From: Octopus bimaculoides
Lineage: Eukaryota
Direction: 5' to 3'
DNA: 35,080 bases
NCBI RefSeq assembly: GCF_001194135.2
Contig: NC_068981.1
Location: forward strand, 2,152,988-2,188,067
Both the position numbers and the translations under genes were made by a program. The notes under the pieces were generated by a model, which ran no database searches, was not told the DNA's origin, and was given only the letters and a program-made list of their open reading frames with translations. Each line of letters opens with the position of its first letter. Within the stretch, counting starts at the first letter, position 1. Below are positions 22,120 to 34,365 of this stretch, one piece after another.

Positions 22120-23245
22120 TGACATATTACAGTTCGGACTGGCTCCCATGCCGGTGGCACGTAAAAAGCACCCACTATACTCTCGGAGTGGTTGGTGCTA
22201 GGAACGGCATCCAGCTGTAGCAACCTTGCCAGATCAGAATGGAGCCTGGTGCAGCCTCCTGCTTTGCCAGCATGGAAAGCGGATGTCAAACGATGATGAT
22301 GATGATGAGTCTGCTGCCTCCACCACAATAATTGAACCAATACTTATTGGTGAAGCCATAGTCATGTAGGCATTAATTCCATTTATGGAGACACATTATG
22401 TTGTGGCTCTAGACTGGGAAAAGCTGGGAGCTATGGTTCAAAACTCAGCATGAGCCTCACTACAATGCAATTTACTAAAAGAAACAGTAAGAAAACGGCA
22501 AAAAAATAAATAAACAAACAAAATAATGCAAAAAAAGTGCGAGTTTTCCTGCCAAACAGTTTAACTGAAGATTCTAGAAGCTGGCTTACAGCAATGAAAG
22601 CTGGGAAATTCAACCTCAGACCAGAGAGTCACTAAGCCATCCAGCAGAGTCTCTGGAACTCGTTGCAACAAACTGGTCTCTCTAACCTCTTTACTTTTTC
22701 TTATGTAACATGCCTATATTATCAACATTATCATTGTTGTTTAACGTCTGCTTTCCATGCTGGCATGGGTTGGACGGTTTGACTGAGGACTAGCGAGCCA
22801 AAAGGCTACACCAGGCTCCAATCNNNNNNNNNNGAGCCAAAAGGCTACACCAGGCTCCAATCTGATCTGGCAAGGTTTCTACAGCTGGATGCCCTTCCTA
22901 ACGCCAACCACTCCGAGAGTGTAGTGGGTGCTTTTTCGTACCACTGGCACAGGAGCCAGTCAGGCAGCACTGGCAACAATCATGCTTGAATGGTGCTTCT
23001 TACATGCCACCAGCATGGGTACCAATCAGGCAATACTGTCTTAGGCCACAACGACTTCACTTGCTTCAACAAGTCTTCACAAGTGCAGTTTATTGCCCAA
23101 TGATTGAAGGGTACCCTTAAATGGGCTGGTTATGCTGCTCTGGCATAGGTCACGGTTACGGTCTCATTTGGTTTGCTGGGTCTTCTCAAGTACAGCATAT
23201 CTCCAAAGGTCTCAGTCACTTGTCATCGCCTCGGTGAGGCCCAAA
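22120..23245. mobile_element. Family C copies at 22120-22310 (+) and 22735-23245 (-)
   Basis: Diagnostic blocks in opposite orientations; the 10-N gap at 22824-22833 is flanked by a duplicated 29-mer. Confidence 0.8.
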
Positions 23246-23292
23246 ATGACACCAACCTTAATTTGCAGGGTCAACTAACACATTAATTATAT

Positions 23293-23552
23293 AATAAAAA
23301 TAAATGTGTCCTTTTAAAGCCTAGCCAGGCTCATGGGCCCGGTTTCCCGGTTTCACTGGCGTATGTATTCCCCAGCTGGATGGGACGCCAGTCCATCGCA
23401 GCGTTACTCATTTTTGCCACCTAGGTGGACTGGAGCAATGTGAAATGAAGTGTTTTGCTCAAAAACACAATGCATCACCAGGTCCAGGAACTGAAACCAC
23501 AATCTTACAATCATGGTGCTGACACCCTAACCACTAAGCCACGCGCCTCCAC
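23293..23552 (-). mobile_element. SINE family E, second copy
   Basis: Highly similar to 20482-20743; 12-bp TSD with 1 mismatch (23281-23292 / 23553-23564). Confidence 0.9.
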
Positions 23553-24239
23553 CATTTATTATATGCAGTGATTTAAATCCTTCACATTATTTCCATATTA
23601 TTGAGTGAGTTATATACAGAAGATTCCTAACTGCTGCATTGGTTGAACGTTGGGGTTTTGATTTATTGTATGTAGATTTCGAAGTATAGCAATGGAAATT
23701 AATGAAATATTTGAAAACTCAATTAAACTTTGGTGTAGCCATTGTCTACACACATACACAGAAGTGTTGTTGTTCTGAGGTTTTATTGCGATATTCTCAA
23801 ATGAAATCAATTCAACACCAATTGAAGTTTATTCTGGTTATTCTATAATAAAAACTTGTTCAACGACTGAAGAGAGAGATCTAAGGGAAATGGCAGTGGC
23901 CTGTCTCGGTAACAATTGGAGCGTAGGAGGATTTAATAAGTTCAGTTCTGTTGAGAAGAAAATAAAAAGGAAAAAGAAAACTAACGTTTCGAGGTCTTGT
24001 CCATTATTTGAGAGAGGGGTGCAGGCAGAGGGAGGGAGATAAAAGGGAGGTTGGCAGTGGAGAACAAGACTGTTTGCAATAATTTGATTTTAAATTTCCA
24101 GGGCCTCTTCTTTTCTACCGTCAATATCACGTGGAACTTTTGTTCTATTGGGAACCCCACCACAATTCAGTTTATCTTTATTTCCATTTAATCAAGCGAA
24201 AACCCCTCCAAAGACGGTGGAAACAATATTTATTTTACA

Positions 24240-24590
24240 ACTTGGATGCCAGTACCCTCCAACTGGCCCCCGTGCAAGACAGTAACTCCTGACTGGCCCC
24301 CGTTCATGCCAGTACCTCCTAACTGGCCCCCGTACCAGTGGCACGTGAAAAGCACTATCTGAATGTGATCAATGCCAGGCCCACCTAACTAGTTCCTGTG
24401 CTGGTGGCACATAAAAAGTACCCACTATATTCTCAAAGTGGTTGGCATTAGGAAGGGCATCCAGTTGTAGAAACATTGCCAGATCAGATTGGAGCCTAGT
24501 GCAGCCGCGGGCTCTCCTCCAGACCTCAGTCAAACCATCCAACCTATGCCAGCATGGAAAACAGACGTTAAACGACAATGATGACAATGA
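24240..24590 (+). mobile_element. Family C repeat with 30-bp x3 internal units
   Basis: Units start at 24249, 24279 and 24309. Confidence 0.8.
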
Positions 24591-24626
24591 TGTTGATTTT
24601 ATTTTAATAATATTTAGTGTGATAAA

Positions 24627-24813
24627 GGCGGCGAGCTAGCAGAATTGGCATTTTGTCCATCTTCCCTACCTGAGTTCAAATGCTGCCAGCGTCGAGTTTG
24701 ACCTTTATCCTTCTGGGGGTCGATAAAATAAGTACTAGTTGAACACTGGGGTGGGTGTGATTGACATACCACTCCCCCGAAATTGCTGGCCTTGCGCCAA
24801 AATTTGAAACCAG
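24627..24813 (+). mobile_element. SINE family A copy
   Basis: GGCGGCGAGCTAGCAGAA head; TATTTAGTG repeated at 24611-24619 and 24814-24822 (probable TSD). Confidence 0.8.
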
Positions 24814-24859
24814 TATTTAGTGAGGCAAAGAAATATCTAACAATCTAAAGAAATTATTA

Positions 24860-25178
24860 TTTTATTCTTTTACTTGTTTTAGTCATTTCACTGCGGCCAT
24901 GCTGGAGCACCGCTAAGTCACGAGGACGTAAACACGCCAGCGTCGGTTGTCAAGCAATGTTGGGGGGAGGGGGACAAACACGGACAAACACACACACACA
25001 CATACATACATACATACATACGACGCGCTTCTTTCAGTTTCCGTCTACCAAATCCACTCACAAGGCTTTGGTCGGCCCGAGGCTATAGCAGAAGACACTT
25101 GCCCAAGATGCCACGCAGCGGGACTGAACCCGGAACCATGTGGTTGGTAAGCGAGCTACTTACTACACAGCCACTCCT
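24860..25178 (-). mobile_element. tRNA-derived SINE family B (AGGAGTGGCTGTG head)
   Basis: A-box-like head, GGTTCAGTCC B box, CTTGGGCAAGTGTCTTC body. Partial copies at about 3655-3800 (+), 13850-13990, 19590-19860 and 28100-28190. Confidence 0.85.
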
Positions 25179-26164
25179 TGCAATGACTAAAAATAGCAGT
25201 AATATATTCTAAGAAGCGGTTTAACGATGTATGTTGCGAAGAGCAGTGATTTACAGAAGCCAGATTCACCGGCTCAAAGATTTCTTTTCGAGATTTATTC
25301 TTTTTGACAGTAAGAAATATTCATGTTTTCTTGTTTATAGCAGAAATATATAAATAGACACAACATAGTTCATTAACTTAATATAACGGATATGATGGGT
25401 CTTTTTCTATGAACACATAAAGACAAGTTTACAGCGAAAGTGAAAGCGTATTAATTAAACCGGTTATTCTTAACTTTGGCAGAGGATTTCCATATATAAA
25501 GGGGTGGGAATTATCGATTACACAGACTTAATAGTTGACCAGTAGTTATAAAATAGACCCTTGGAAGGAAGAAAGCTAAAGCTGATTTCGGCGGGATTTG
25601 AACTCAGAAAGGGACGAAGAAAGATGCAGGTTCGTGTCCTGCAAGTAGCCTTAAACTACTTTTTCCTCATCCAGGGGATGTTTTTTTTTTTAAATCTATT
25701 ATGTTATTGTTTATAGCTGTATCTACTTCGAGACTCACCCTTAAAATGATTATCAAAGGGTATTTGGGGGTATTTTATTTTCAGATATTTCGTAAAAAAA
25801 CATTTTGTTTCGAATTTATTCTATCAAAACAAATTTAGGCGATTCTTCATAGCTTGACTGTATACTGCTAGCGGGGGTTGTTAAGTACGGATATTGCCGC
25901 ATTGGAAATCAGGAAGGAAAAGAGTGGAACGATGTGGAATAAACCATGAAAAGCAATCTTTGTGGAATCTCAACATTTAACTGCGAAGAATAATTTCAAT
26001 TAAAAAAAAAATTGTTAATTAAATTCTTAATAAAATATATTAAGGCGTGATACAGATTTGAGAATAAGGAATCACGGCAAAATAATTTAACCGAAAACCA
26101 GTGTAAAATGCCTTTTCTAATAAATATAATAATATTAAAAACGGTTCATCAAACAAAAACTCAC

Positions 26165-26177
26165 CCGTGGTAGCCAT
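26165..26177 (-). CDS. PTPA: PTPA candidate first coding exon (M-A-T-T-G/)
   Basis: Minus strand reads aatATG GCT ACC ACG G|gtgagt: A at -3, G at +4 and a consensus donor. Its phase-1 end joins the GA that starts exon 2 to give GGA (Gly) in frame. It is too short for homology support. Confidence 0.55.
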
Positions 26178-26529
26178 ATTGCTTAAGACTTTGAATCCAG
26201 TTATCTCCCTTGAACTCTACACTTTTTGTTTTTAATTTCAAATTTTTGGGAATTCTTAGAAATAGATGACTTGTGTCTTTTATGTAACAAATCAATAGCG
26301 TTAATTTATATATTTCTTTCTCTGTTATTTGAGAATAGTTTTTAAACATGTAATTATTGATTGCATGCATAAATATAAGAGTATTCATTTATGACAAAAG
26401 TGTTATTTGAAGTCTTAAAGATTAGAATCTTCTGTTCTCGCTTTTCCTTGACTGCTGATTCTAATGATTTATAATATTTTCACCATTCATAACACTTCTA
26501 ACATAATCTAGACTACAGTGGAATATAAA

Positions 26530-26567
<38 letters not shown>

Positions 26568-26611
26568 TACATGTAACATACTTACACACATAGATGCATG
26601 CATGCATATAC

Positions 26612-26648
<37 letters not shown>

Positions 26649-27801
26649 AAGAAAGTTAGGGGTTGTGAATCCAACCCACTAAGGGATAGTTGCATATGTT
26701 TGTATATTGTTATTATTGTCTTTTTAGTATACAAATAAACAAGTAAATTGACATAATACAATGTCTGCAAGTTGATGAATACCACATATTCCCCTCCATT
26801 TTCTTATTGCTATATATATATATATATATATATATANNNNNNNNNNNNNNNNNNNNNNNNNNNNNNNNNNNNNNNNNNNNNNNNNNNNNNNNNNNNNNNN
26901 NNNNNNNNNNNNNNNNNNNNNNNNNNNNNNNNNNNNNNNNNNNNNNNNNNNNNNNNNNNNNNNNNNNNNNNNNNNNNNNNNNNNNNNNNNNNNNNNNNNN
27001 NNNNNNNNNNNNNNNNNNNNNNNNNNNNNNNNNNNNNNNNNNNNNNNNNNNNNNNNNNNNNNNNNNNNNNNNNNNNNNNNNNNNNNNNNNNNNNNNNNNN
27101 NNNNNNNNNNNNNNNNNNNNNNNNNNNNNNNNNNNNNNNNNNNNNNNNNNNNNNNNNNNNNNNNNNNNNNNNNNNNNNNNNNNNNNNNNNNNNNNNNNNN
27201 NNNNNNNNNNNNNNNNNNNNNNNNNNNNNNNNNNNNNNNNNNNNNNNNNNNNNNNNNNNNNNNNNNNNNNNNNNNNNNNNNNNNNNNNNNNNNNNNNNNN
27301 NNNNNNNNNNNNNNNNNNNNNNNNNNNNNNNNNNNNNNNNNNNNNNNNNNNNNNNNNNNNNNNNNNNNNNNNNNNNNNNNNNNNNNNNNNNNNNNNNNNN
27401 NNNNNNNNNNNNNNNNNNNNNNNNNNNNNNNNNNNNNNNNNNNNNNNNNNNNNNNNNNNNNNNNNNNNNNNNNNNNNNNNNNNNNNNNNNNNNNNNNNNN
27501 NNNNNNNNNNNNNNNNNNNNNNNNNNNNNNNNNNNNNNNNNNNNNNNNNNNNNNNNNNNNNNNNNNNNNNNNNNNNNNNNNNNNNNNNNNNNNNNNNNNN
27601 NNNNNNNNNNNNNNNNNNNNNNNNNNNNNNNNNNNNNNNNNNNNNNNNNNNNNNNNNNNNNNNNNNNNNNNNNNNNNNNNNNNNNNNNNNNNNNNNNNNN
27701 NNNNNNNNNNNNNNNNNNNNNNNNNNNNNNNNNNNNNNNNNNNNNNNNNNNNNNNNNNNNNNNNNNNNNNNNNNNNNNNNNNNNNNNNNNNNNNNNNNNN
27801 N

Positions 27802-27848
<47 letters not shown>

Positions 27849-28279
27849 TACCAAGGCCTAATTCCACATAGGAGGGGGTAGCCACAACAAGACATACACC
27901 AGGTGTTCCATTCATTAGGACGCCCTTCCTAATGCCAACTACTTTATGCATATCACTTTATATCACTTAGGGATATATGTATCAGTTTATACATATCACT
28001 GCTGTCACTCTGTATTCTATTTACAGCAAACTGCTGAATAGCACAACCAGTCATAGGAATATCTTAAGAGGAACAATCTTTCATGTCAGTTCACAGTATA
28101 AACCCTTCTGGCCTCTACCAAATCCACTCACAAGACTTTGGTCAGCCCAAGGCTATAGTAGGAGACACTTGCCCAAAGTGCCACACAATGGGAAAACAAA
28201 GATTAAACAATTTACCAATGATTGAACAACAAGTTGTATCCAATTAATAATATAACATGGAGATACAAATTGCCCAAAA

Positions 28280-28688
28280 TCATCATCATCATCGTAGTTG
28301 TCGTTTAACGTCTGTTTTCCATGCTGGCATGGGTTGGACGGTTTGACTGAGGATTGGCGAGCCAGAAGGCTGCATCAGGTTCAATCTGATCTGGCAAAGT
28401 TTCTACAGCTGGATGCCCTTCCTAATGCCAACCACTCCGAAAGTGCAGTGGGTGCTTTTTACATGCCACCGGCACGAGGGCCAGTCAGGTGGTTCTAGCA
28501 ATGACCACGCTCAAAAGGTGTTTTTTACGTTACCTGCATGGGAGCCAATCCAGCGGCACTGGCAACGATCACGCTCGAATGTTGTTTTTCATGTGCCACT
28601 GGCACATGTGCCAGTAAGGCAACACTGGCAACGATCATGCTCGAATGGTGCTTTTCACGTGCCACTGGCACGGGAGCCAATCTGTGAC
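28280..28688 (-). mobile_element. Family C repeat with about 65-bp units, interrupted by a gap; end probably resumes at 29786-29830
   Basis: Units near 28452, 28517, 28580 and 28647. Confidence 0.85.
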
Positions 28689-29517
28689 NNNNNNNNNNNN
28701 NNNNNNNNNNNNNNNNNNNNNNNNNNNNNNNNNNNNNNNNNNNNNNNNNNNNNNNNNNNNNNNNNNNNNNNNNNNNNNNNNNNNNNNNNNNNNNNNNNNN
28801 NNNNNNNNNNNNNNNNNNNNNNNNNNNNNNNNNNNNNNNNNNNNNNNNNNNNNNNNNNNNNNNNNNNNNNNNNNNNNNNNNNNNNNNNNNNNNNNNNNNN
28901 NNNNNNNNNNNNNNNNNNNNNNNNNNNNNNNNNNNNNNNNNNNNNNNNNNNNNNNNNNNNNNNNNNNNNNNNNNNNNNNNNNNNNNNNNNNNNNNNNNNN
29001 NNNNNNNNNNNNNNNNNNNNNNNNNNNNNNNNNNNNNNNNNNNNNNNNNNNNNNNNNNNNNNNNNNNNNNNNNNNNNNNNNNNNNNNNNNNNNNNNNNNN
29101 NNNNNNNNNNNNNNNNNNNNNNNNNNNNNNNNNNNNNNNNNNNNNNNNNNNNNNNNNNNNNNNNNNNNNNNNNNNNNNNNNNNNNNNNNNNNNNNNNNNN
29201 NNNNNNNNNNNNNNNNNNNNNNNNNNNNNNNNNNNNNNNNNNNNNNNNNNNNNNNNNNNNNNNNNNNNNNNNNNNNNNNNNNNNNNNNNNNNNNNNNNNN
29301 NNNNNNNNNNNNNNNNNNNNNNNNNNNNNNNNNNNNNNNNNNNNNNNNNNNNNNNNNNNNNNNNNNNNNNNNNNNNNNNNNNNNNNNNNNNNNNNNNNNN
29401 NNNNNNNNNNNNNNNNNNNNNNNNNNNNNNNNNNNNNNNNNNNNNNNNNNNNNNNNNNNNNNNNNNNNNNNNNNNNNNNNNNNNNNNNNNNNNNNNNNNN
29501 NNNNNNNNNNNNNNNNN

Positions 29518-29775
29518 TAGAATTTCTCACACAGAACACGGTTTACTCTGTTTTTGACAAAATTTCCTATTGTACAAGTTATTTTGTGTTAAAGTTGTCG
29601 TATTTGGGTAATTTCAACCAATCAACGACGTGTATTCGGTTGAAGAAAGTTACTGCTGTTTGCGATAATTATCGGAGAAAAACAACTTCCGGGTCATCTC
29701 TACTAAATGTCACCACTCTGTTCTATTCTAGTCAGCACCGTGCATTCCTTACTCTTTCCCTCTCTTCTACACTAT
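29518..29775. other. 258-bp contig identical to 30309-30566; probable assembly artefact
   Basis: Exact duplicate bounded by N-gaps on both sides and placed inside an interrupted family C repeat. Confidence 0.8.
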
Positions 29776-30232
29776 NNNNNNNNNNTGAGTGCCAATCAGG
29801 TGGTACTGTCATCGGCCACGTCAGCGATTTTGATTGATTTACACTTGCCTCAATAAGTCTTTGCAAGCAAAGTTCATTGTCCAATGAACGAGGGGTACTC
29901 ATCAGTGAAAATCCCACAGTACTTTTCACTCAATCTGGTATTTGGTTTTATTATACTGTTGCTTTCCACCATCTCCTTTCTTTTGTACAGGCCCTTATCA
30001 ACACCTCATCTTCTCCACAGACCCAGTCCCATTTCCTGCAGTTTTCCAAATGATATTCACCACTAACCACGCTTCCACTTATGCTCCCCATTCTCTGCAT
30101 TCACTTCTATCTCCACCTCTAGCCATTTGTCACTCTTCCTTTCACATTTTTGTAAACTTACCTACCCACACACCCTTTCTAATTCCCTGTTCCCCTTCTC
30201 AGATTTATTCCATCTCAACCATAAATCCTTCT

Positions 30233-30903
30233 CGGATCTATTCCATCTCAATCACAGATTTTTTAATTAATTTTTTTTAACTAAACAGTTTGAGACTTCG
30301 AATACTGGTAGAATTTCTCACACAGAACACGGTTTACTCTGTTTTTGACAAAATTTCCTATTGTACAAGTTATTTTGTGTTAAAGTTGTCGTATTTGGGT
30401 AATTTCAACCAATCAACGACGTGTATTCGGTTGAAGAAAGTTACTGCTGTTTGCGATAATTATCGGAGAAAAACAACTTCCGGGTCATCTCTACTAAATG
30501 TCACCACTCTGTTCTATTCTAGTCAGCACCGTGCATTCCTTACTCTTTCCCTCTCTTCTACACTATCAACTAGCAACCAGTGAGCGAACTTGTCACTGCC
30601 ACTACAATTACCGTATTTTCCCGTGTATAAGCCGCTAATTGTTTTGTTTTACCTTCATGTCTTGATAATGTTATTTTTTATCTAATAAAGACTTTTATAT
30701 TGATGAAATGTGTTTGTTGCTGATTAGTGTAAAATAAAATCATGACTTTAACATGAAATAACTTCTAAAATAGGAAATTTTTGTCAAAAACATTCAGAGT
30801 AAACCGTGTTCTATGTGAGAAATTCTACCAGTATTTGAAGTTTCAAATTGTTTAGTTAAAAAAAATTAATTAAAAAATCTGTGATTGAGATGGAATGGAT
30901 CCC
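30233..30903. mobile_element. Non-autonomous DNA element with about 130-bp TIRs
   Basis: 30234-30362 is the near-perfect inverse of 30769-30903; termini (C/G)GGATC...GATCCC; no clear TSD. Confidence 0.85.
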
Positions 30904-31572
30904 AATTCTCTCTTATACTCACCTTCTTGTAACCTTGAAGGAATGTCCTGACATTTTATCACTATCACCTTTTTTCTCCCTTTCCAGCTGGGGTAACCTT
31001 TTATCTCCTCTACAGCAAGACACCTATTCCTGTCCCTCTGTCATACTTTAACCCCCTTTCATCACCTGCAACAAAGCTGCCCCCCTTAATACTACACCCT
31101 CACCCAGTTGAGGGTTCTTGTCTTGTTCGTATTGCTACTATGATAAAAAGAGTACCAAGTGCACTTCATAAAACGGTTGGTGTTAAGAACAGATTTCAGC
31201 TATAGAAACCATGCCAAAACTGCCAGCCTTCATTTGGAATTTGAAACCATTTATGGCATCAAATAGCAGGATCGTCTTCACACCAAAGTACTTAGCAGCA
31301 TTTCTTTGTGTTCTGAGTTCAAATCTTGCTAAGTTCAACTTTGCCTTTCATCCTATAGGGGAAGAGGGTGATAAAATAAATTACTAGTCATATGCCAGAA
31401 TAAATGTAACTGATTAACATAACCCCTCCCCTCAAAATTGCTGGCCTTGTGTCAAGATTGAAGGAATCATCATCATCATCATCATCATTATTTACCTTTT
31501 GAAACTATAAACTTCTTTTTAAAAAATGTCAGTGCCTTCAGATTTCAAATGAGGACTTCAGTTTTAAATTAG

Positions 31573-31850
31573 TGTTGTGATTTTAGTTTTGATCATGTGA
31601 TTTTGATTGTCTCGATTGTTGTTATATGCCTGCAGTGCGACTGCGCGGAGTTCTGTTCTGTTTGTGGCACGACATGTTCAGTGTTGCTTTTAGTTAGTTG
31701 AGACTGTAGCAACTCGCTGCATAAAACTGTTATTGCGTTGAAGTTTGGTTTTGCTTACAATTTAACAATCTTTGTTTGTATTGTGGATTGCTGTATTTTT
31801 AGTCAATTAAAACCTTTTAAACTTTGATATTCCAGTTTGGGTTTATAACA
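31573..31850 (+). mobile_element. Probable solo LTR (278 bp)
   Basis: TGTTGTGA...TTATAACA ends, ATTAAA at 31806-31811; flanks attag/attga match only partly. Confidence 0.45.
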
Positions 31851-33134
31851 ATTGAGAACTTCAGTTTTAAATGCAGTTACAATGCGATTTCATACAAATT
31901 TGGAACATAAGATTCTAAGAGAATTGTCAAAAAGAATTTTTTCCCCCAAAACATCATAAAATGACGGATATTTTCAGTTGAAAAAAAATTATAACAGTTA
32001 TTTCCCTTTAGCTCTTACATAGATTCTTCTTTACCAATTCTGTATAACAGGTCAGGATAATGAAATATAGGGATATTCTTATAATTCGAAAGGGACCATG
32101 TTAAGCATTTAATCAATCCATGTGCAGAAAAACAATATTTGAAAGGCTGCAATTAAAAAAAAATCAGCTTGTCTAGAAAAAGGATGCATTTTCTTACATG
32201 TAATTTAATTATCAACTCATTTTCAGTCTTTGATTAATTAGAATTTTACCAGAATATTCGATAATAAAAATTTTGAAATGTAGCTTTATTTTCCTAAGTC
32301 ACCTACAGCTAAAAAAGAAAAAAAAGGGTGGGGGAATGTTACTAACGAAGGATCATTCGGAATACCACCTTAAGTGGATATCTGAAAAATACTCGAAGTA
32401 AAATGTTTTACCTTTTAATAATATTTGATATTGTTGTTTCAATTTTTGGTCTTATTTTATCAACGATTTATTTCAGGCAAGTTTGAGTAGCCCTCAACCA
32501 AAGTGACCACCACATACTCACACAGTCTCTCTCTCTCTTTCTTTCTTTCTCTCTTGCCCTTTCTCTCTCTCTTTCTTTTTCTTTCTTTCTCTCTTGCCCT
32601 TTCTCTCTCTCTCTCTCTCTCCTCAAACACACACACACACACACATATTGGAGAAGCTCCAAAACGCTACCTTTTTTTTCGAACTCTCACTCTCGAATTG
32701 TTGTCGAAGTAGGTTATCGCTACTTTCTCAAATTGCCGAATTTACTCACGTTTAAATTATAATTTAACTGGCGCTACGTGTAAATCAAGAAGCCATCATT
32801 TACCACATGTTTGCGTTAATTTCTATCTTTCTCTCTATTACTAATTTTTACTGCATCAAGTGGTTCTGGATTCAAGCGAAAAAACATTTTCTGCGAAGGC
32901 AACAAGAGTAATCTCCCTTACTTCATGGTCACTGCAATTCGAAATTGCTTCTCTCAGTTAGCGTAAAGATTTGTCCTTGTAGCTTCCATATTTTAAATGT
33001 TGTAATATCGGTATAATGATAAGCCCCACCAGATAATGTAGAAGTAATAGTCTAAAGACTTGGGTTGTATATTTGAGGTTTAAAATATTTGGTTTGATAA
33101 AGAAAATGACATAGGAATGAAAAAAAACGATATT

Positions 33135-33550
33135 CATCATCATCATCATCGTTTAACGTCCGCTTTAAATGCTAGCATGGGTTGGACGATTTGACTGAGG
33201 ACTGGCAAACCAGATGGCTACACCAGGCTCCAATCTGATCTGGCAGAGTTTCTACAGCTGGATGCCCTTCCTAACGCCAACCACTCCAAGAGTGTAGTGG
33301 GTGCTTTTACATGCCACTGGCACGAAGGCCAGTCAGGCGGTACTGGCAATGGCCACACTCAAAATGGTGTACTTTATGTGCCACCTGCACGGGAGCCAGT
33401 CCAGCGGTACTGGCAACGACCTCGCTCGAATGTCTTTTCACGTGCCACCAGCACAAGTGACAGGAAGGCGACGCTGGTAACGATCACGCTCAAATGGTGC
33501 TATTTATGTGCCACTGGCATAGAAGCCAGACAGCTGCTCTGGTATTGATC
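33135..33550 (-). mobile_element. Family C repeat, CpG-rich copy with about 65-bp units
   Basis: (CAT)n CGTTTAACGTCCGC start followed by the full family body. Confidence 0.85.
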
Positions 33551-34103
33551 TTGTTAAAGGAAAGTTTGATAAGAATAAGTGTGTGTGATGAACTTATTGC
33601 ATACAGTACTCAGGTGCATCACAAATCACCAGAAAATTTAGCCAAAAGTGCATGAACGGTACATAGAATAATACACAGGAAGTAAACAGTGAAGGAATCA
33701 TTTAAAAAACAAAGTATAATAGGCCAGGCTAGATATGGGGGCAGTGCCTCGCTGCATCCCCTAGTTTTGGTAGATGACACCTTTGTACCACCCAGGGGAC
33801 AACCCATCCTTACTGCATAAAGTCTTTCCTCCATTTGGTAGATGAGGGTCCTGACAGCTTTGTTCCAACTGCTTCATATAACATGCCTTAGAAGCAGTCG
33901 AGGTAGTTCCCTGAAGGAGAGAACTTCATGGGTCTTCTTTTTGAGTAGTTTTTGCTGGCAAGGAATGTTTTATGAGGTCAGAGGGCAAATCCTACCTCAA
34001 CCTCTCTTAATCGCCTTCTACAACACACACAGGAAATGTTGAGTCTATTCTTTGACATGCTGACCCCCACATAACATAATTAATTAGTATTAATAACTTA
34101 TAT

Positions 34104-34365
34104 CCATTATTTACATTTGACAGATATTTGTCCTCATCTTGTTTGTTGCTAAAACAACATTTCAGCTGGTATACCCTCCAGCCTTCATCAGGTGTCTTGG
34201 GGAAATTTCGAACCTGGGTTCTCATTCCTAAGGTATTTTTCGTTGTCGTTGTTGTTGTTGTTATCATCATCATCATCATCATCATCATTAGTATTATTCA
34301 GGTCACTGCCAGGAGTCGAACTCGGAATCTTGGGGTTAGTAGCCCACGCTCTTAGCCACTACACT
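34104..34365 (-). mobile_element. tRNA-headed SINE with hammerhead-bearing 3' tail; 17-bp TSD
   Basis: Head GTGTAGTGGCTAAGAGC...GAGTTCGACTCC (A and B boxes), central (GAT)/(AAC) microsatellite, and a tail containing CTGATGA-stem-GAAA. Identical gtattaataacttatat at 34087-34103 and 34366-34382. Confidence 0.88.
34151..34196 (-). ncRNA. Minimal type I hammerhead ribozyme-like motif
   Basis: GACAC CUGAUGA aGGCUGG agggUaUa CCAGCU GAAA U GUU GUUUU: both core boxes intact, 6-bp stem II, loopless stem III, 4/5 stem I. Confidence 0.75.

Noticed and set aside
23975-24130. Minus-strand CCTCGAAACGTTAG preceded by a RKEEALEI-like translation (possible PLE 3' end with hammerhead)
   Set aside because: The first core box has at least 3 mismatches and the peptide match is too short to call.
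29518-29775. Exact 258-bp duplication as a real segmental or tandem duplication
   Set aside because: It is bounded by gaps on both sides, is 100% identical and interrupts another repeat, which points to a misplaced contig. The 29-mer duplicated around the 10-N gap at 22824-22833 is similar.
3743-29837. Long ORFs in the track (200-474 aa)
   Set aside because: They consist of X residues spanning N-gaps or are translations of simple repeats; there is no protein evidence.
29880-29930. CTGATGAG on the minus strand with nearby hairpins
   Set aside because: There is no GAAA box at the required position.
30915-30950. Minus-strand ATG TCA GGA...AGA AG|gtgagt as an alternative PTPA first exon
   Set aside because: It ends in phase 2, which is incompatible with the phase-1 start of exon 2.
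33560-34070. Possible LINE remnant (EVEVG-like translation on the minus strand)
   Set aside because: All frames have stops and no second motif supports a family call.
34300-34365. Genuine tRNA gene with ACT anticodon
   Set aside because: The acceptor stem is incomplete, there is no Pol III terminator, and it lies inside a TSD-bounded element; it is a SINE head.
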